From: Euglena gracilis
Taxonomy: Eukaryota
Assembly (NCBI GenBank): GCA_039621445.1
Contig: CP154954.1
Coordinates: 21,340,954-21,404,953 of the forward strand
Direction: 5' to 3'
DNA: 64,000 nucleotides
Shown in pieces: positions 22,701 through 34,701 of the stretch. The notes below the pieces were generated by a model. The model did not search any database and had not been told where the DNA came from. It worked only from the letters and a program-made list of their open reading frames with translations. How positions within the stretch are numbered: position 1 is the stretch's first letter; each line of letters starts with the position of its first letter. The translations under genes and the position numbers were made by a program.

Positions 22701-25158
22701 ATGTATTCCAATATGTAGACCTCCAGGACGTAGGTAATCCACGCCCTGTGCCAGTACTGCTGCAGCAGAAATATTTTCTGCCGGTGCTGTTTCAGCACAT
22801 TTCGGTCTTGCGTTCCGAGATTGGGATTCCGGCACTGATGCAGGAGGAATCTCCTGGTCGGCTGGCTGCCGGCACTTTCGGCAGTCGGAGGCGGTTTTCC
22901 GCGTTCTCCGAAACCCCAGAAGTCAACAATGTGAACTTCTTTGCAAAACTGGCATTCCAGTTTGAACCGCTGGGGGTACGCGAGGTCCACGTCCAGTACC
23001 TTGAACAGCATGCCATACATGCTGTCCAAGAATACTTGGAGGTTGCTTGTGAACATTACCGCAGCCTGCGCCTGGAGTTTCTCCGGCAGGGGGTAGTACT
23101 TCCACTGGATTCCCAGTGCTCCCACGGAATACATGTGAGTGAAGATTTCCTTCAACTGTGCGACGAACGTTTCTCGTCTTCACAAGTATTCATACAATCA
23201 ATATACGTCAGACCGTTTCGGTCAGTAAAAATGCCGAAATTCTGGCAGGGGTATCCCAACCAGAACCAGAGCTCCCAGAAACCGGGCATCCGGTCCAGGA
23301 CAACTTCATTCGAATGAGGTTATCCCTCAAACGCATGAAGTTCGGCACCGTAGAAAAAACGTTTGCAGTGATCGTTCATACGATTCTGCACCACTTCGAG
23401 CACCGCATCCGGTGGTCGGTGGATCACGTTGCCTGCCCTTGTGAACGTTTGGAGATCCTTGTCGGTTTTCGGCCAGATCTCCTCAAGGTATTTGAACACT
23501 GAGGCAACGTCATAATCCTTCGTTTTGGAAGGTTCGGCGGCTTTTCCGCCTTTTCCTACTGGAGGTCCGGCAGATTTTCCGCCTTTGCCTGGAGTTGGCC
23601 AAGCGGCTTTTCCGCCTTTGCCAGGTGGGGCTTTTCCACCTTTCTCCTGGCCTTTTCCTTTACCCTTACCCTTGCCCTTACCTTTACCCTTACCCTTTGT
23701 GTTAGACAGCCATTCGAATGTCGCCCAGTAATCCCAGTATTCTGGGTCTTCTGGCGTAAACACAGGGTAAGTCACGGATTCTGTGCTTGGCGCTCGAGCA
23801 AATTCCTGCTCAGCGTCACCACGATTCGAGTAAACCGGTGCAACTGGGGATGGTCGGGTTTCCCGACGTGCCCGTTCTGCCGTCACGTCTGGCGCTGGCG
23901 GAGCTTCCTCCTCAGCGTCGACGTGCATCGCCGCGGGCGGTTTTTCCGACCTCGGCGAGCGGCGCTGTGGCTGCGGCGTCAGGTTTTCCGGGCCGCGGTC
24001 ACGCTTGCCGGCGGCAGAGCTTGTGGGCCGTGCTGGAGGCGCTTCCGCCACATCAACGTCCTGCTGTCGCGCTGGTTGACTTGATCGTGATGGAGCTGGG
24101 ACTCCTGTGAGAGCCGACACAGCAGCATCATACTGCTGGCGCTCTTCTCGTGTCATTTCCGCCCGGACAGGGTATCCCTGGCCGGCGGAAACAGGGGGAC
24201 GACGTGCTATTTGTCGTTGGATTGTCACAGCATATTCATACTGTTGACGCTCCTCCGAAGTCTCGAACGGCCGGCCAGTCCACGGGTTAACGGGTTCATC
24301 CCGTACCGTGGGAACTGGTGCCGCACGAGGCGCTGCCGGGGCTTCCTGTGGACGAGCGCTTCGGGCAGAGTCAGACGCCGGGGGAGGGTTTCCCTCCGCA
24401 GGACGTCTTGGGATAGGGTCAGGTATGGTTGGGTGGGGTTGAGGTGGATACACGTACTGATCCCGTGGCATTGGCGCCTCCTGGGGGTAATCCCCAGAGA
24501 CGGTGTACTGAGACACATGCTCCTGCGCAGGATAATCCCGCCGGGGCATGCGCTCAGGGGATCGAAAAATACTTTCTTTCACACGTGGGTGTTCACTCCG
24601 GACAGGTGCTTCTACTGTCTCTTCCACGAGTAATCCGGGGGAGTGAGCACGAAAATGTGCAGTGTAAGTGCCAACTGGTGGTACCTGCCGTGCTACCTGT
24701 GGCGGGACTTCCACGCCCAGGTCACGCATGGTAATGTCCGCCGCGAATCCCGACGTGTCCGGGTCGGTGTAGTACACCAGACCGGTCATCGTCGCCTGGG
24801 CGCACATACACCACAGGGCTGGAGGGGTATTCGCGATGGTCAAAACTTTACGGCAGTGGTCATCCCACAATGCCTGGGTGAGGTGGTCTGGTGCCGGGTT
24901 TGCGCTCATACGCATAACCCGGTTCATCGTCTCCGCCGTGCGGTGGATCATCACACCCGCAAACGGTGGGAGGCGACGGGAGCCTGATGGCTGGGATGGC
25001 CGCGCTTCCGCGGGCATCGAGGTCCTCCTGCTACTGCTGCTGGCTTCAGGGTTTCCCTGAGCCGCAGTCCGTGCAGGTGGCTGTGTACCGTATCGGTACG
25101 CATACTGGTCAGGTTGAGGGTGAGTGGTGGGGCGGTCCTCCGCCTGGCTCCCTTCCAC
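19760..25158 (-). pseudogene. Large accessory coding region of the LTR element (ORF pieces 23320-25158, 22628-23155, 22297-22692, 21897-22268, 20698-21690, 20260-20682, 19760-20482); function unknown
   Basis: A near-continuous chain of same-strand ORFs with protein-like composition. Trp/Tyr/Cys-rich globular blocks alternate with P/A/S/K-rich linkers. No recognised domain. Confidence 0.7.
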
Positions 25159-25330
25159 CGGGCAGCATGATACAGCCCGGGGTCGGTACGGTGGGATGTT
25201 TGGGTTGTTGGTTGTAAGGTGTGTAAGGGTAACCGCTTGAGTATTATTTGCTAAAAAGTCTGCGGAAAGAAAGAATGATAAGAATCAATGATAAAAAGAA
25301 GAGAAAACAACATGGGTTTCCCATGCGTTC

Positions 25331-25615
25331 TCAAAAACTTGTCATGGAAACATCAATGTTATGTTTCTTGTTCCACAGCTTCCGATACTGCTGGACATAC
25401 CCAACAAAACTGGTTGCTGGCTCCCAAGTGTCCTCCTCGGGCCCACACCCTTTCCAGCGGACCTTCCAAAGGTGCATACCTTTGTCGATTTTGTGATCGA
25501 TGATTTTATCGACTACAAAGTCGTCCGTCTCAGGTAATCTGGAACGGGGTTTGAAGTGCAAACACGGGATGGGTTTCCCATCCGGTGGCGACAGGTATGG
25601 TTTGAAGTCGTCCAT
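25331..25615 (-). pseudogene. Chromodomain at the integrase C-terminus
   Basis: FVVDKIIDHK...WKVRWKGCGPEEDTWEP is a classic chromodomain signature. Confidence 0.9.
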
Positions 25616-25919
25616 ATGAACGTCCTCAAAACCATTCGGTAATGCAACCTTGTAACGCCCGCTGGTACCTAGTCTTTCTAGGATTTCGCAGGGGCCGAGC
25701 CAGAGGGGGTCCAGCTTGGAAGATGCATGCGAGTACGGCTATTCCGCACCCACACGCGGTCACCGGGACTATACACAGGTGTCTTGAAATTCTACAAAGC
25801 CGATTTCCGTTTGGTTGCATGAATATCAGTCACGCGCTTCTGGACTGCAGAACGTAGATTTTCTACTTCCGCAAACCAGCTGACACTTGTTCGGTCGGGT
25901 CTCTCCGAACGGACATCCC

Positions 25920-28200
25920 CTATGGCCGGAGGGTCCCGTCCGAAACTAATTTATAGGGGGAGTGTGGTAAAACCAACCCTGGTAGGGTATTGATATAAAA
26001 CAAAGACCATGGTAGAACTGATATCCAGTTGCTGCGTGGGTCAGCCAGTGAAAGGCGAAGCATATTCACGACGGATTTCACGGCTGCCTCGGCTCTACCA
26101 TTGCCTTTGGGTCGGTATATAATGGAAAAATGTTGCTCGATTCCGAGAAAACCGCATAAAGTGGTGAAAAACCTTGAAGAAATCAAATGGTCTTGATGAC
26201 TCACGATTTCATTCGGTAAACCCATTAAGCAAATGCATTTCTCCAAAAATATAGTTGCCAAACTTTGGGCAGTCAACCCTGACTTCTGGCATGGAATGGC
26301 TACAATGTACCCACTCAGCCTGCAGACGACCACAAAAACGTAATCGTAAATTTTGTCGTCCGTTCCTTTGCACGGTTCTAATTCTAGTAAATCCATGCAG
26401 AGGGATGTAAAAATGTCAGGGGGTACGGGGAAAAAGTCCATCGTACCAGGGGGGGTACCTCTGCTGGGTTTTACCACTTGACAAATTTGACACCGTTGCG
26501 CTATTCGCAAACAGCGTGAGTAAAGCTCTTTCTCGCTCAGGGTTGTGCAATACCTGCGGCCCACCAACGAAAGAAGTTTGGGGGCCCCAGGGTGACCATG
26601 GTTGTGATAACACAAAATCACATCATCAACCAGGTCCTGGGGGATACAATATTTGTAACCCGACTCATTGCGAAAAACCAACCGTAAAGGTGAAAGAGTG
26701 TAATTGTCCAGCACTTCGCCATTACGAAGTCTGGTGACAATGGTGTCATACACCGGGTCACGACTATAATCCCATTCGCGAAAGAACAGTGGGGAAGGGG
26801 ACTCCGTGCGTGTGATACGCCGTGGTCCGGACGTGCTTCCACGTCGGCGCCTTCCGCGCACTGGTGCGATCAGGAATATTTGTGAAACGGGAAAGGAATC
26901 CAAAAGATTATCCGCAGCGTCGTTTCGACGTGCGTACTCGTCAGCTTCCTGACTTCCATGAAAAGTCGCGTCTCCTTCATCCGGGTTCCCAGGGTAATAC
27001 CAAGGGACCCGACTGAGCGGATCCGCTACTTTTTGTGTGTGACCAGGGGTATAAATAACCACAAGGTTGAATTGACTCAAGAACTCATGCCATCTGCATC
27101 GCCTTCCGACCGATGACATGGCCTTCTCATGGTCGGTCTTGACGAGGATCTGGACGAGGCTGCTGGCTACCCAGCTTCGGAATTTCTGGAGTATAAGCAC
27201 GATTGCGTAGGTTTCCTTCTCGCGTATACTCCACTTGACGTGACCTTTTCCATCATCGCCCTGTAACTTTCTGCTGAAGAAAGCCACAGGTCGGAGCTCA
27301 TTCGCCGCGTTATGCTGGCTAAGAACTCCGCCAACAGCGTAATCGCTGCTGTCGACTTCCAGGACATATGGTTTGTACGGGTCCGCGATTTCGAGGACAA
27401 CATTCTCCAAAAGCAAAACCTTGATTTTCTCAAGGGCCTCGCGCATTTGGTCATCCCAAATGACTTTGGTGTTGTCAACAGCCCGGTTTTTGAGCTGTTT
27501 GGTGAGGGGCACCGTGATTTTCGCGAAGTCCTTCATATATATCGCGTAGTATTGGGCTAATCCCAAAAATCCTTTGAGGTGAGTAATCGTTTTGATTACC
27601 TCAGGGGTCCATTTCTTAATGGCTTCGAGTTTACTGGGAGCGGCTTTCCGCTGTCCATTGCTGAGGATGTGACCGCAAAATTTTATGAGTATCCGAAACA
27701 AATGCATTTTCGCGCCTTTCGCGAAAAGCACATGTTTTTGAAAAGCGGTTAATACCGTGCAAACATGGTGGAAATGTGTGACGAGGATATCCTCGCTCGA
27801 TTTTGCGGATGGAGGTGGCGTTCCCACCAGCACATCATCAATGTACACAATGGCAAACGGTAAATCGCGTAGAACCCATTGTATCATGCGCTGAAACATG
27901 GCTGAGCCATTCTTAACACCCATGGGGAGTACCGTCCATTGGTACACACCCTTGGATGTCACGAATGCCGTGTATGGTTGTGAGTCAGGGTGCAAGTGCA
28001 TTTGGTGAAAACCGTCCTCCAGAAAATTGACCACAACCGTTTTTCCGATTGTTTGGTGATCAAGTCCTCGATCAGGGGGAGCGGGAAGGGATCATCCCTT
28101 GTTTGGGAGTTCAGGTACCGGTAATCCAGCACCAGTCTCCATTTCTTCTGACCTGAGGGGTCTGGGGGTTTAGGAACAGCAAATGCTTGGGATGTCTACT
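25920..28200 (-). pseudogene. pol: Pol: reverse transcriptase, RNase H, integrase
   Basis: WRLVLDYRYLN, LPMGVKNG, YIDD; DSSDYAVGGVL..PVAFFSRKL..EKETYAI; HHCC (HNHGHPG..CQICQ); integrase MD..(H in place of the second D)..GRAE. In-frame stop at 28196-28198 and a frameshift near 28030. Confidence 0.93.
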
Positions 28201-29965
28201 CACTTTTCGAGGGTACGATCCAATTGCGCTGAATAAGCTTCTCAATCATTTCATTGAGAGCTTGTTCGCGTTCTCCCGAACATCGAAAAAATTTTCGGTG
28301 CATTGGTTTAGCTCCTTCCTTAACCTCGATCTTACAAACACCGAACGGACCGCGTATCGCGGGGTCGATGTCGCACGCGTATACTGCATTTTCCAGCACA
28401 CCGTGAAATTCGCGGGTAATCCGCGAACAGAATTCGGCTGACTTAGGATGCTGACCTGCACTCTCGATGACTGCGGAAACCACCAGGGTATCCCTGGGGC
28501 TACCGAGCTTCCTCGGCACCGCGAATTCAGACATTCCGAACGCATCGAAGAAACATACGCGAAAAATGATTTCTTGCAAGGGTGGTAATATTTTACCACA
28601 AAAATCCTCACAAATCGGTATATTGGTGGGTAAATCCCACCAATAAAAACATACATACGATAGTTGTGTGAACCATTCCGCTTCCGGAATGATGGGTATG
28701 AGAATAACTGCACGGGCTTCATCCCGCAGAATTTTCTCAACCGCACATCCGATAAGTTTTGGGGGAGGGTGCATCCATAACACCGTATCACCCCAAAATT
28801 TATCAAATGCGTTGGAGTGTTGTGACCAATGACGTGGCAAACGGGCATGTGCATTTGATGAAAAGGCATCGATTTCTAATGCCAAATCAAAAGAATCAGC
28901 CAATGTCGCGATTTTGGAAAACCATCGTTCCAAAATGCGATATTGACCAAAATTGAAAGCATTCCATACGCGTTTCGCGTATTCATGCACCCGATTTCCG
29001 GGTTGGAGTGAAGAAACACAATGAATGGATCCACAAACATGCGGGTTGTCTTCCACTACCTCAAGGGGTAATCCCAAGGGAGTTTGGACAGGTTGGGGGT
29101 TTCCCCATTCCGCATCGAATCCGTACAAAGTGTGATCGCGATTGTAATTAGGAATGACGCTTTTCGCGTTTCCGAACAACGAGGCGAATCCGCGTTTTTG
29201 GAGTACTCGGTGTATCTCCGCGCATTGCGGGCTACAAACAAGTCTATCCTGGGGTATGGATTCCGTTTTCGGAATTACGATTAGTGTCGGATTTTGAACT
29301 AAACATCCACAATCGAAATCCGATTGGGTGGAAATTCTCCTGTAGTGCACACATTGGAAGGAAGTGTAGTGGTGTGACGGATGTGCGTGTAAGTGGGTGT
29401 CGATGGCATTAGCCGGTGAGTCTTGTACAGGTGTGCCTGGATTCGGCACAACTGGTGGGAAACGGAGTGGTGGTGCGGCTGGGCGACTACTCGACACCGA
29501 TATATCTTCAGGCCTTTGGGCTTTCGTCTTGTAACCCAGTGAAACGGCGGGGGTACCGCTACTCGCTTGCCCTGCCTCATGTGGAACGCATGTTGGTGTG
29601 TCATTGGGCAGGGGGGAGGCTTTCTCCGTACCCCGGGTGTGGAAAACGGTTGTTGGTGTGGTGGATAACGGTGTTGCCATTGTGTGTAACGGTGTTGGAA
29701 AAGTGGTGGTCATCATGGCGGATGCCAACGGTGATGGTGGTTTGGGTGTCAATGAAGTGGTGGGTGCTGTGCGCAAACCGTGGAAGTGGCAATCCACAAC
29801 CAATCGGTACTGGCGTAAAAATGGGTATCCCAAAATTACGTCAGACCTGTGAATTCCGGACTCGTAACCCCAAATATTGGTGAAATGTTGTAATTGTTGG
29901 GGTTGTGAGTGATGCTTCGGAATGATGGGCAAGAGTATCTCGAGCACATCCCAAATCACCACCAC
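28196..29965 (-). CDS. Pol segment between protease and RT containing a Thr/Pro linker, a Cys/His-rich block and a Dam-like methyltransferase-like domain (~28540-28960)
   Basis: Starts with the protease C-terminus (DVILGYPFL) and ends in the RT N-terminus (CKIEVKEGAKP..WIVPSKSE). Contains EIDAFSSNAHARLPRHW..AFDKFWGDTVLWMHPPPKLI..VEKI..AVILIP..W. Confidence 0.8.
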   Translation of the reverse strand: MVVIWDVLEILLPIIPKHHSQPQQLQHFTNIWGYESGIHRSDVILGYPFLRQYRLVVDCHFHGLRTAPTTSLTPKPPSPLASAMMTTTFPTPLHTMATPLSTTPTTVFHTRGTEKASPLPNDTPTCVPHEAGQASSGTPAVSLGYKTKAQRPEDISVSSSRPAAPPLRFPPVVPNPGTPVQDSPANAIDTHLHAHPSHHYTSFQCVHYRRISTQSDFDCGCLVQNPTLIVIPKTESIPQDRLVCSPQCAEIHRVLQKRGFASLFGNAKSVIPNYNRDHTLYGFDAEWGNPQPVQTPLGLPLEVVEDNPHVCGSIHCVSSLQPGNRVHEYAKRVWNAFNFGQYRILERWFSKIATLADSFDLALEIDAFSSNAHARLPRHWSQHSNAFDKFWGDTVLWMHPPPKLIGCAVEKILRDEARAVILIPIIPEAEWFTQLSYVCFYWWDLPTNIPICEDFCGKILPPLQEIIFRVCFFDAFGMSEFAVPRKLGSPRDTLVVSAVIESAGQHPKSAEFCSRITREFHGVLENAVYACDIDPAIRGPFGVCKIEVKEGAKPMHRKFFRCSGEREQALNEMIEKLIQRNWIVPSKSE

Positions 29966-30335
29966 ACATGGGGGTGTTATCCGCGGTTGTAATTTTGATC
30001 GGTTTCTTGGCGCTTACCAAGAGCGAGGTTGGTATCAACCCCAACCGAAAGAGCAGTGCAATGCGACAACCAGTGTCAATGAGAATTTTAACTTTGGTGG
30101 AGATATTTTGGATGCGGATTTCCGCTTGGACAAGTAATTCCATTGGTGGTACGCAAAGTGAAGGGTCTGGCGGAAATACGTTTGCATGCCAGCTCTCCCA
30201 TGAACCCTTTCCTACTTTGCTCAGCATTCCGAGCGGAAATGTGGAGTGGGGGGTAGGGGACCTGAAATAATTCCGGGTACTGACCGTGAAGGCGGATGGG
30301 CAGGGGGGGTAAGGTTGATCAGGTCTTACCTCCAT
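29841..30335 (-). pseudogene. Retropepsin aspartic protease (frameshifted)
   Basis: KILIDTGC active-site motif followed by IKITTADN. Confidence 0.85.
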
Positions 30336-30599
30336 CTGTTCATCAGCCCAGAGGTCCGTGCCCTCGGACCTCGGGCTCCCCTACTCCAAGTCCGAACCGG
30401 CCGCATAGCCGGCAACGGACTTTTTGGTGGAATAGATGGAATTCAATGAGCGCACCGCCATTCGGGCCTCATTAAATTCCCCGTCCGAGGTCTCATCCCC
30501 CTCCCTGCCCGAAGCCGGGGTGTCCTCCTCCAAACAAGAAATCTTGAATCCGACCTTTTTCCGGTTGGAGGAGTAACCACGGTCATCGCGGCGCTTACC

Positions 30600-31780
30600 G
30601 CGATTTCCGTAGCCGGGCCGGGGGGAACGAGATCTGGGACATTTGGATGAGTGGTGGTCTTTGGAACCGCAAAGTGAACAACGGGATTTGTGGCGGGATT
30701 CCGCATAACGGGGGGAACGGTTTTCCGTTCTTCCATCAAACCGTCGTGGTGAACGGGTTTCTTGTCGACCATGACCGGTGTACCGGGGTTTCCCCGGTGA
30801 CTCGCGCGAAGAGGATGATCCACTTCGCGAACAAGATCATGAAGACTCGCGATTGAAATCCCGTTTTCGGGTAGGGGGTCCAGGTGACCGACCGCGAGGA
30901 GGACGGATTTCCCGACCATCACGCGATGGTGACTTGGGCCTACTACCGCTAAAGCGGTTCTCCGAAGAACGTGAAACTCCCGATTGTCGTGAAAACGCCG
31001 AGGAACCCGATCCCCGTGAGGAGGTCGAGCCCCTTGGGCTTCCAATACGCTTTCGCGCATCGGGATTCGGGCATTCCCGAGACATGTGACCAGATTTGTT
31101 GCACAAAAAACACAGTTTATCCGTGCCTTGGTCCGAAGAACGCTGATTCCGCGTTTTCGGTCCCGTGGTCGGTGATCTTGGTGACATGGGTGATTTTTGC
31201 AACGCATTAACCGCACCTGCAGGGATTCCCGCGGTGGGATGCGTTTGGAAAGCGGACTGTATTTGTCCCAAAACTTGTGTGAGCTTGAGTTGCTTTGACA
31301 CATAATTCCAACGTTGGACAAGAGTCATTTCATGCCCTGCCAACTCCTCGCGATGGATATCCTTCACGAGGGATGGTGAGAAATGCAACAAAACCGCATC
31401 GAATTGTTCGCGCATTTGCTTCTCGCTAAGTTCATGAACTTCGGAAGCAAGTGCTAACCATTTGGCATACCAAAGTCAATGGATTTCCATTTGCGATCGG
31501 ATGGCGCGGATTGTCGCCATTTCTTCTCCAGGGTAATCCTGGTGACCAGGCTTGAGTTGGTTGAAGCGTATTGCTCAACCAGGTCATCGAATGATACGCC
31601 ATTACGTATCACCAAATTGCGTGCGCGTTCTCGCTCCTCCCTCGGTAGGCAATCGATGAATTCCATCTTGACTACCTCGGGATTCGGGTCTTGGGTGGGT
31701 CCCTTTAGTGCCCAGTAGTACTCCCAGTCCCGAAAAAATTGTCTCCGTGTGGTTGGATCCCCGTCCCATTGGGGCTTCAC
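30600..31780 (-). pseudogene. gag: Gag with two CCHC zinc knuckles (split ORFs)
   Basis: PQWDGDP..FFRDWE capsid-like start; CFLCNKSGHMSREC (~31071-31112) and CSLCGSKDHHSSKC (~30639-30680); R/S/G-rich nucleocapsid region. Confidence 0.8.
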
Positions 31781-34491
31781 CTTATTCGCGATTGTGATGG
31801 TGCCCTTGAAGTCTCTCTGAGTAACCCGCTGACCCTCGGTGGTATTCCAGGGGTTTGGGTAATTCTTAACACCAACACGTTTTGCGGATTTTCCGCTCCA
31901 CGTGAACCACGTGCAGGATTTCCCGCACCAAGTGTAGGGGTGGCAGGATTTTCCTGCGGGAATTGCGAAAAATGCGGTGAAATTCTCCCGGTGGGGCGGG
32001 TTTCCCGCCGAAAACCCGACGGGTGGTCTGGTAATCCAGAACCCGTTGGTGGTTGGTATGATCGCGAATGCGACACATGACCAATACCAGGTGTGGGGTG
32101 TTGGCTCATTCCTCGTACAAGGTTGGAATGTTGAATTTCTTGGTGGAGACTGGAATTTTCGAGCGGGGGATCAATTTCCTCATCGGAAATGTGTTGTGAA
32201 AAGTTGGTTTGTGGTGTGGGCAAATGCAAAGGTGGTACAATTCGCGTTTTCGCAGGTGGTTGTACCAAATTCGCGGTGGATGTAGGGATTCCTACTCCAG
32301 AAAGGGTAATTTGAGAACGCGATTCCGGGACATTTGGAATACCAACCGCAGCGCTTACCGCGGTGGGTGGTGGCACAACCGGTATCGGAGTGGACATTTT
32401 ATCCAAACTCGCGGACAAGTCATGCACCGTTTCTTCCAAATGTTCCACCAACTGGAGCTGGCCGCAAATACGGTCAACCTCAGTCTCCAAATGCCTAACG
32501 TGTTTGCGGTAACGGGAAAAATCGTCCAAGTGTGGTAACTTTTCAGAAGCCAAGTGTAAATCTTGGACAAGTTGTCCCTGGGACTCCTCCACATTCCGGA
32601 GTTGACCCGCAAGCGCTTTTACTGCATTTGAGACAATTTGCAATTGGTGGGGTGAATTGGTGGGGGTTTCCGCGGTGGTGCGCGAATTTTCCGCGGTTGG
32701 CTTTTCCAACAACGCAGAAATTCGTCCATCCAACCGTGAAACCTCATCTTGCATGGATCGGGCATTCCGATTCACAGATTCCTCAAGTTGAATCAAACTC
32801 GTGCAAAATGCTTGCAAGGTTTCCTTGTTGTCACCAAACATTTTGTTATAAAATGAGCGCAATTCCGGTGACTCGGATATCCGAGCGTGCGAGATATTGG
32901 GAAGTGCGCGAATTTCCGCTACTGTGGTGGACAACAAGGTGCAACGGGTTTGTAATTCCCCAATAGCGGCTTGAATACCACTAATGTCGGGAATTCGCTT
33001 GGAAAGTGCGGAAACATGCTCCTGCAAACCGACAACGGTGGCATTAATACCGCCAATGTCCGTTTGTGATTGTTGTTGCGCAATCCAACTGTTGTGCGCA
33101 ATCCGCGATTTTCGCGTGCAGGGTGGTTAATCAATCCTGATTTGCGGCACAATGGCAGGATTTTTGCTCCAAGTGTAAAATTCGTTTCTCCAAAAGCTGA
33201 ATTTGCGTACGGGGAACAAAATTTTCTTGCACTTTCGCTTGAAATTGCTTCAAATGCTCGATTTCCGAGCAAAAATGCAAAATCCGTTGTTGGGCTTCTT
33301 GGAAAGAAGTAGTGAGTGTGGCAAAATGCTCAACCGCAACAAAGTTACCGATTTCCGGCATTTTGGGGGTGGCATTTTGCGCTTGTAACTGGTGCTGCAA
33401 TTGCAGTAGCATGGTTGAACATGCTTCCACTTTGGCAAAAAGATGGCTCATACCATCTTGCACCTGCAGAAACTTGGAATCATTCCGCGTTTCCGCTTCA
33501 TGCAGTGTTTCACTGATTAGTTGGAAGTTTTGTGGAAGTTGGATGCGCAAAATACTGTCAACACTTTCCCGAAAATGCTGAAGGTCTTTCCCCGCATTTT
33601 CAAAATTGTGTTGGCAATATTTGCCGATTTCCTGCAAATAATTCCAGCAATATTCCAGTTTGGTGTTGACAACCCTTTGATTGTCCTCATCAAACTGCAA
33701 AACATTGTTGAGCATGGTTGCGCATTCCGCAACACATTGGTGGACATGCAAAATTTGCTTGCTCAGCGGGTGATCCGCTGGGAGTTGACCGAGAATTCGG
33801 TAAACATCACCGGGGGTGAGGTTAACCCTCAAATCTTCCTCATAGTCCTCCACAATGGAAACGGCACCAGAGATTTCCGGCACCACCAGACGCATATCTG
33901 GGTTCCATGGCAAAGCAGGGAAAACCGCAGTTTCCGCGGGTAATCCCGGCAATGCGCGAAATGGTGTGGGGGGTGGAAATTGAGGGGGGGGTAGGAAAAA
34001 ACACGGTGTTTCCACCGAGTTGCACTCCAAAAGGCCCACCGGTGCTTCCACCGGGGATCTTTTGGGTGTGGACAGAGCAAAGGGCAAATATCCCTCACTT
34101 TGTTCATGGGTAACATGAGTAACCAAGTGTGAAGGTGCAAGGGGTTCATCCCTCGTCACATCAATGATGGGTGAACCGGGATGAAGGAAGGCATTTTGCC
34201 ACCTACATCCCGCACAATCAATGACAATGATGATGAAGAGGGATCATTACCCCCATGCAACAATAAAGGCGTTTCGCCTTTTGACAATGACAAATGAATC
34301 AAATTGCCTTCTTCTTGCTTGGGGGGTCGGGAATTGGAACTTGTTTCATTTGAACCGTTCCAATCCCCGCAATATTCATCAAAATTGTTCAATGAACTCA
34401 TCAACAAGTCATAATCAAATTTGGGGTTGGAGCTTGTGCTCTGCATCTTTTGAGATGGGTAAAAAGGCAAAAAACCCAAAAATTCACACAA
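31777..34491 (-). pseudogene. Coiled-coil-rich ORFs upstream of gag (31777-33027, 33131-34159, 34156-34491): extra ORF or long Gag N-terminal extension
   Basis: Long ORFs with heptad-like L/E/Q patterns on the element strand, between the PBS and gag. Confidence 0.65.
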
Positions 34492-34690
34492 ATAAGCAGA
34501 GAAACAGGGACCAGAAATGTTGTATCGGCGATTACCGAACAGAGCCTTCTGAGACCTGTATTCTTACTTAAAGGTTGGCTTGGGGCCAGGAACAGTACTT
34601 TCACCGTGTTTCACGGCTCAGTACGATCCTCACCACCAGTCAACCACAGATTTTCTCTGTGTGGAACGTCTGTGTGGGATCGTTGCCTAA

Positions 34691-34701
34691 CTCTGCTACC
34701 A
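34691..34701 (-). promoter_or_regulatory. Primer-binding site TGGTAGCAGAG (initiator tRNA-Met)
   Basis: Directly follows the 5' LTR and is complementary to the ...CUCUGCUACCA 3' end typical of eukaryotic tRNA-iMet. Confidence 0.85.

Noticed and set aside
19760-25158. env gene interpretation of the post-pol ORFs
   Set aside because: No signal peptide, furin site/fusion peptide or transmembrane anchor is visible.
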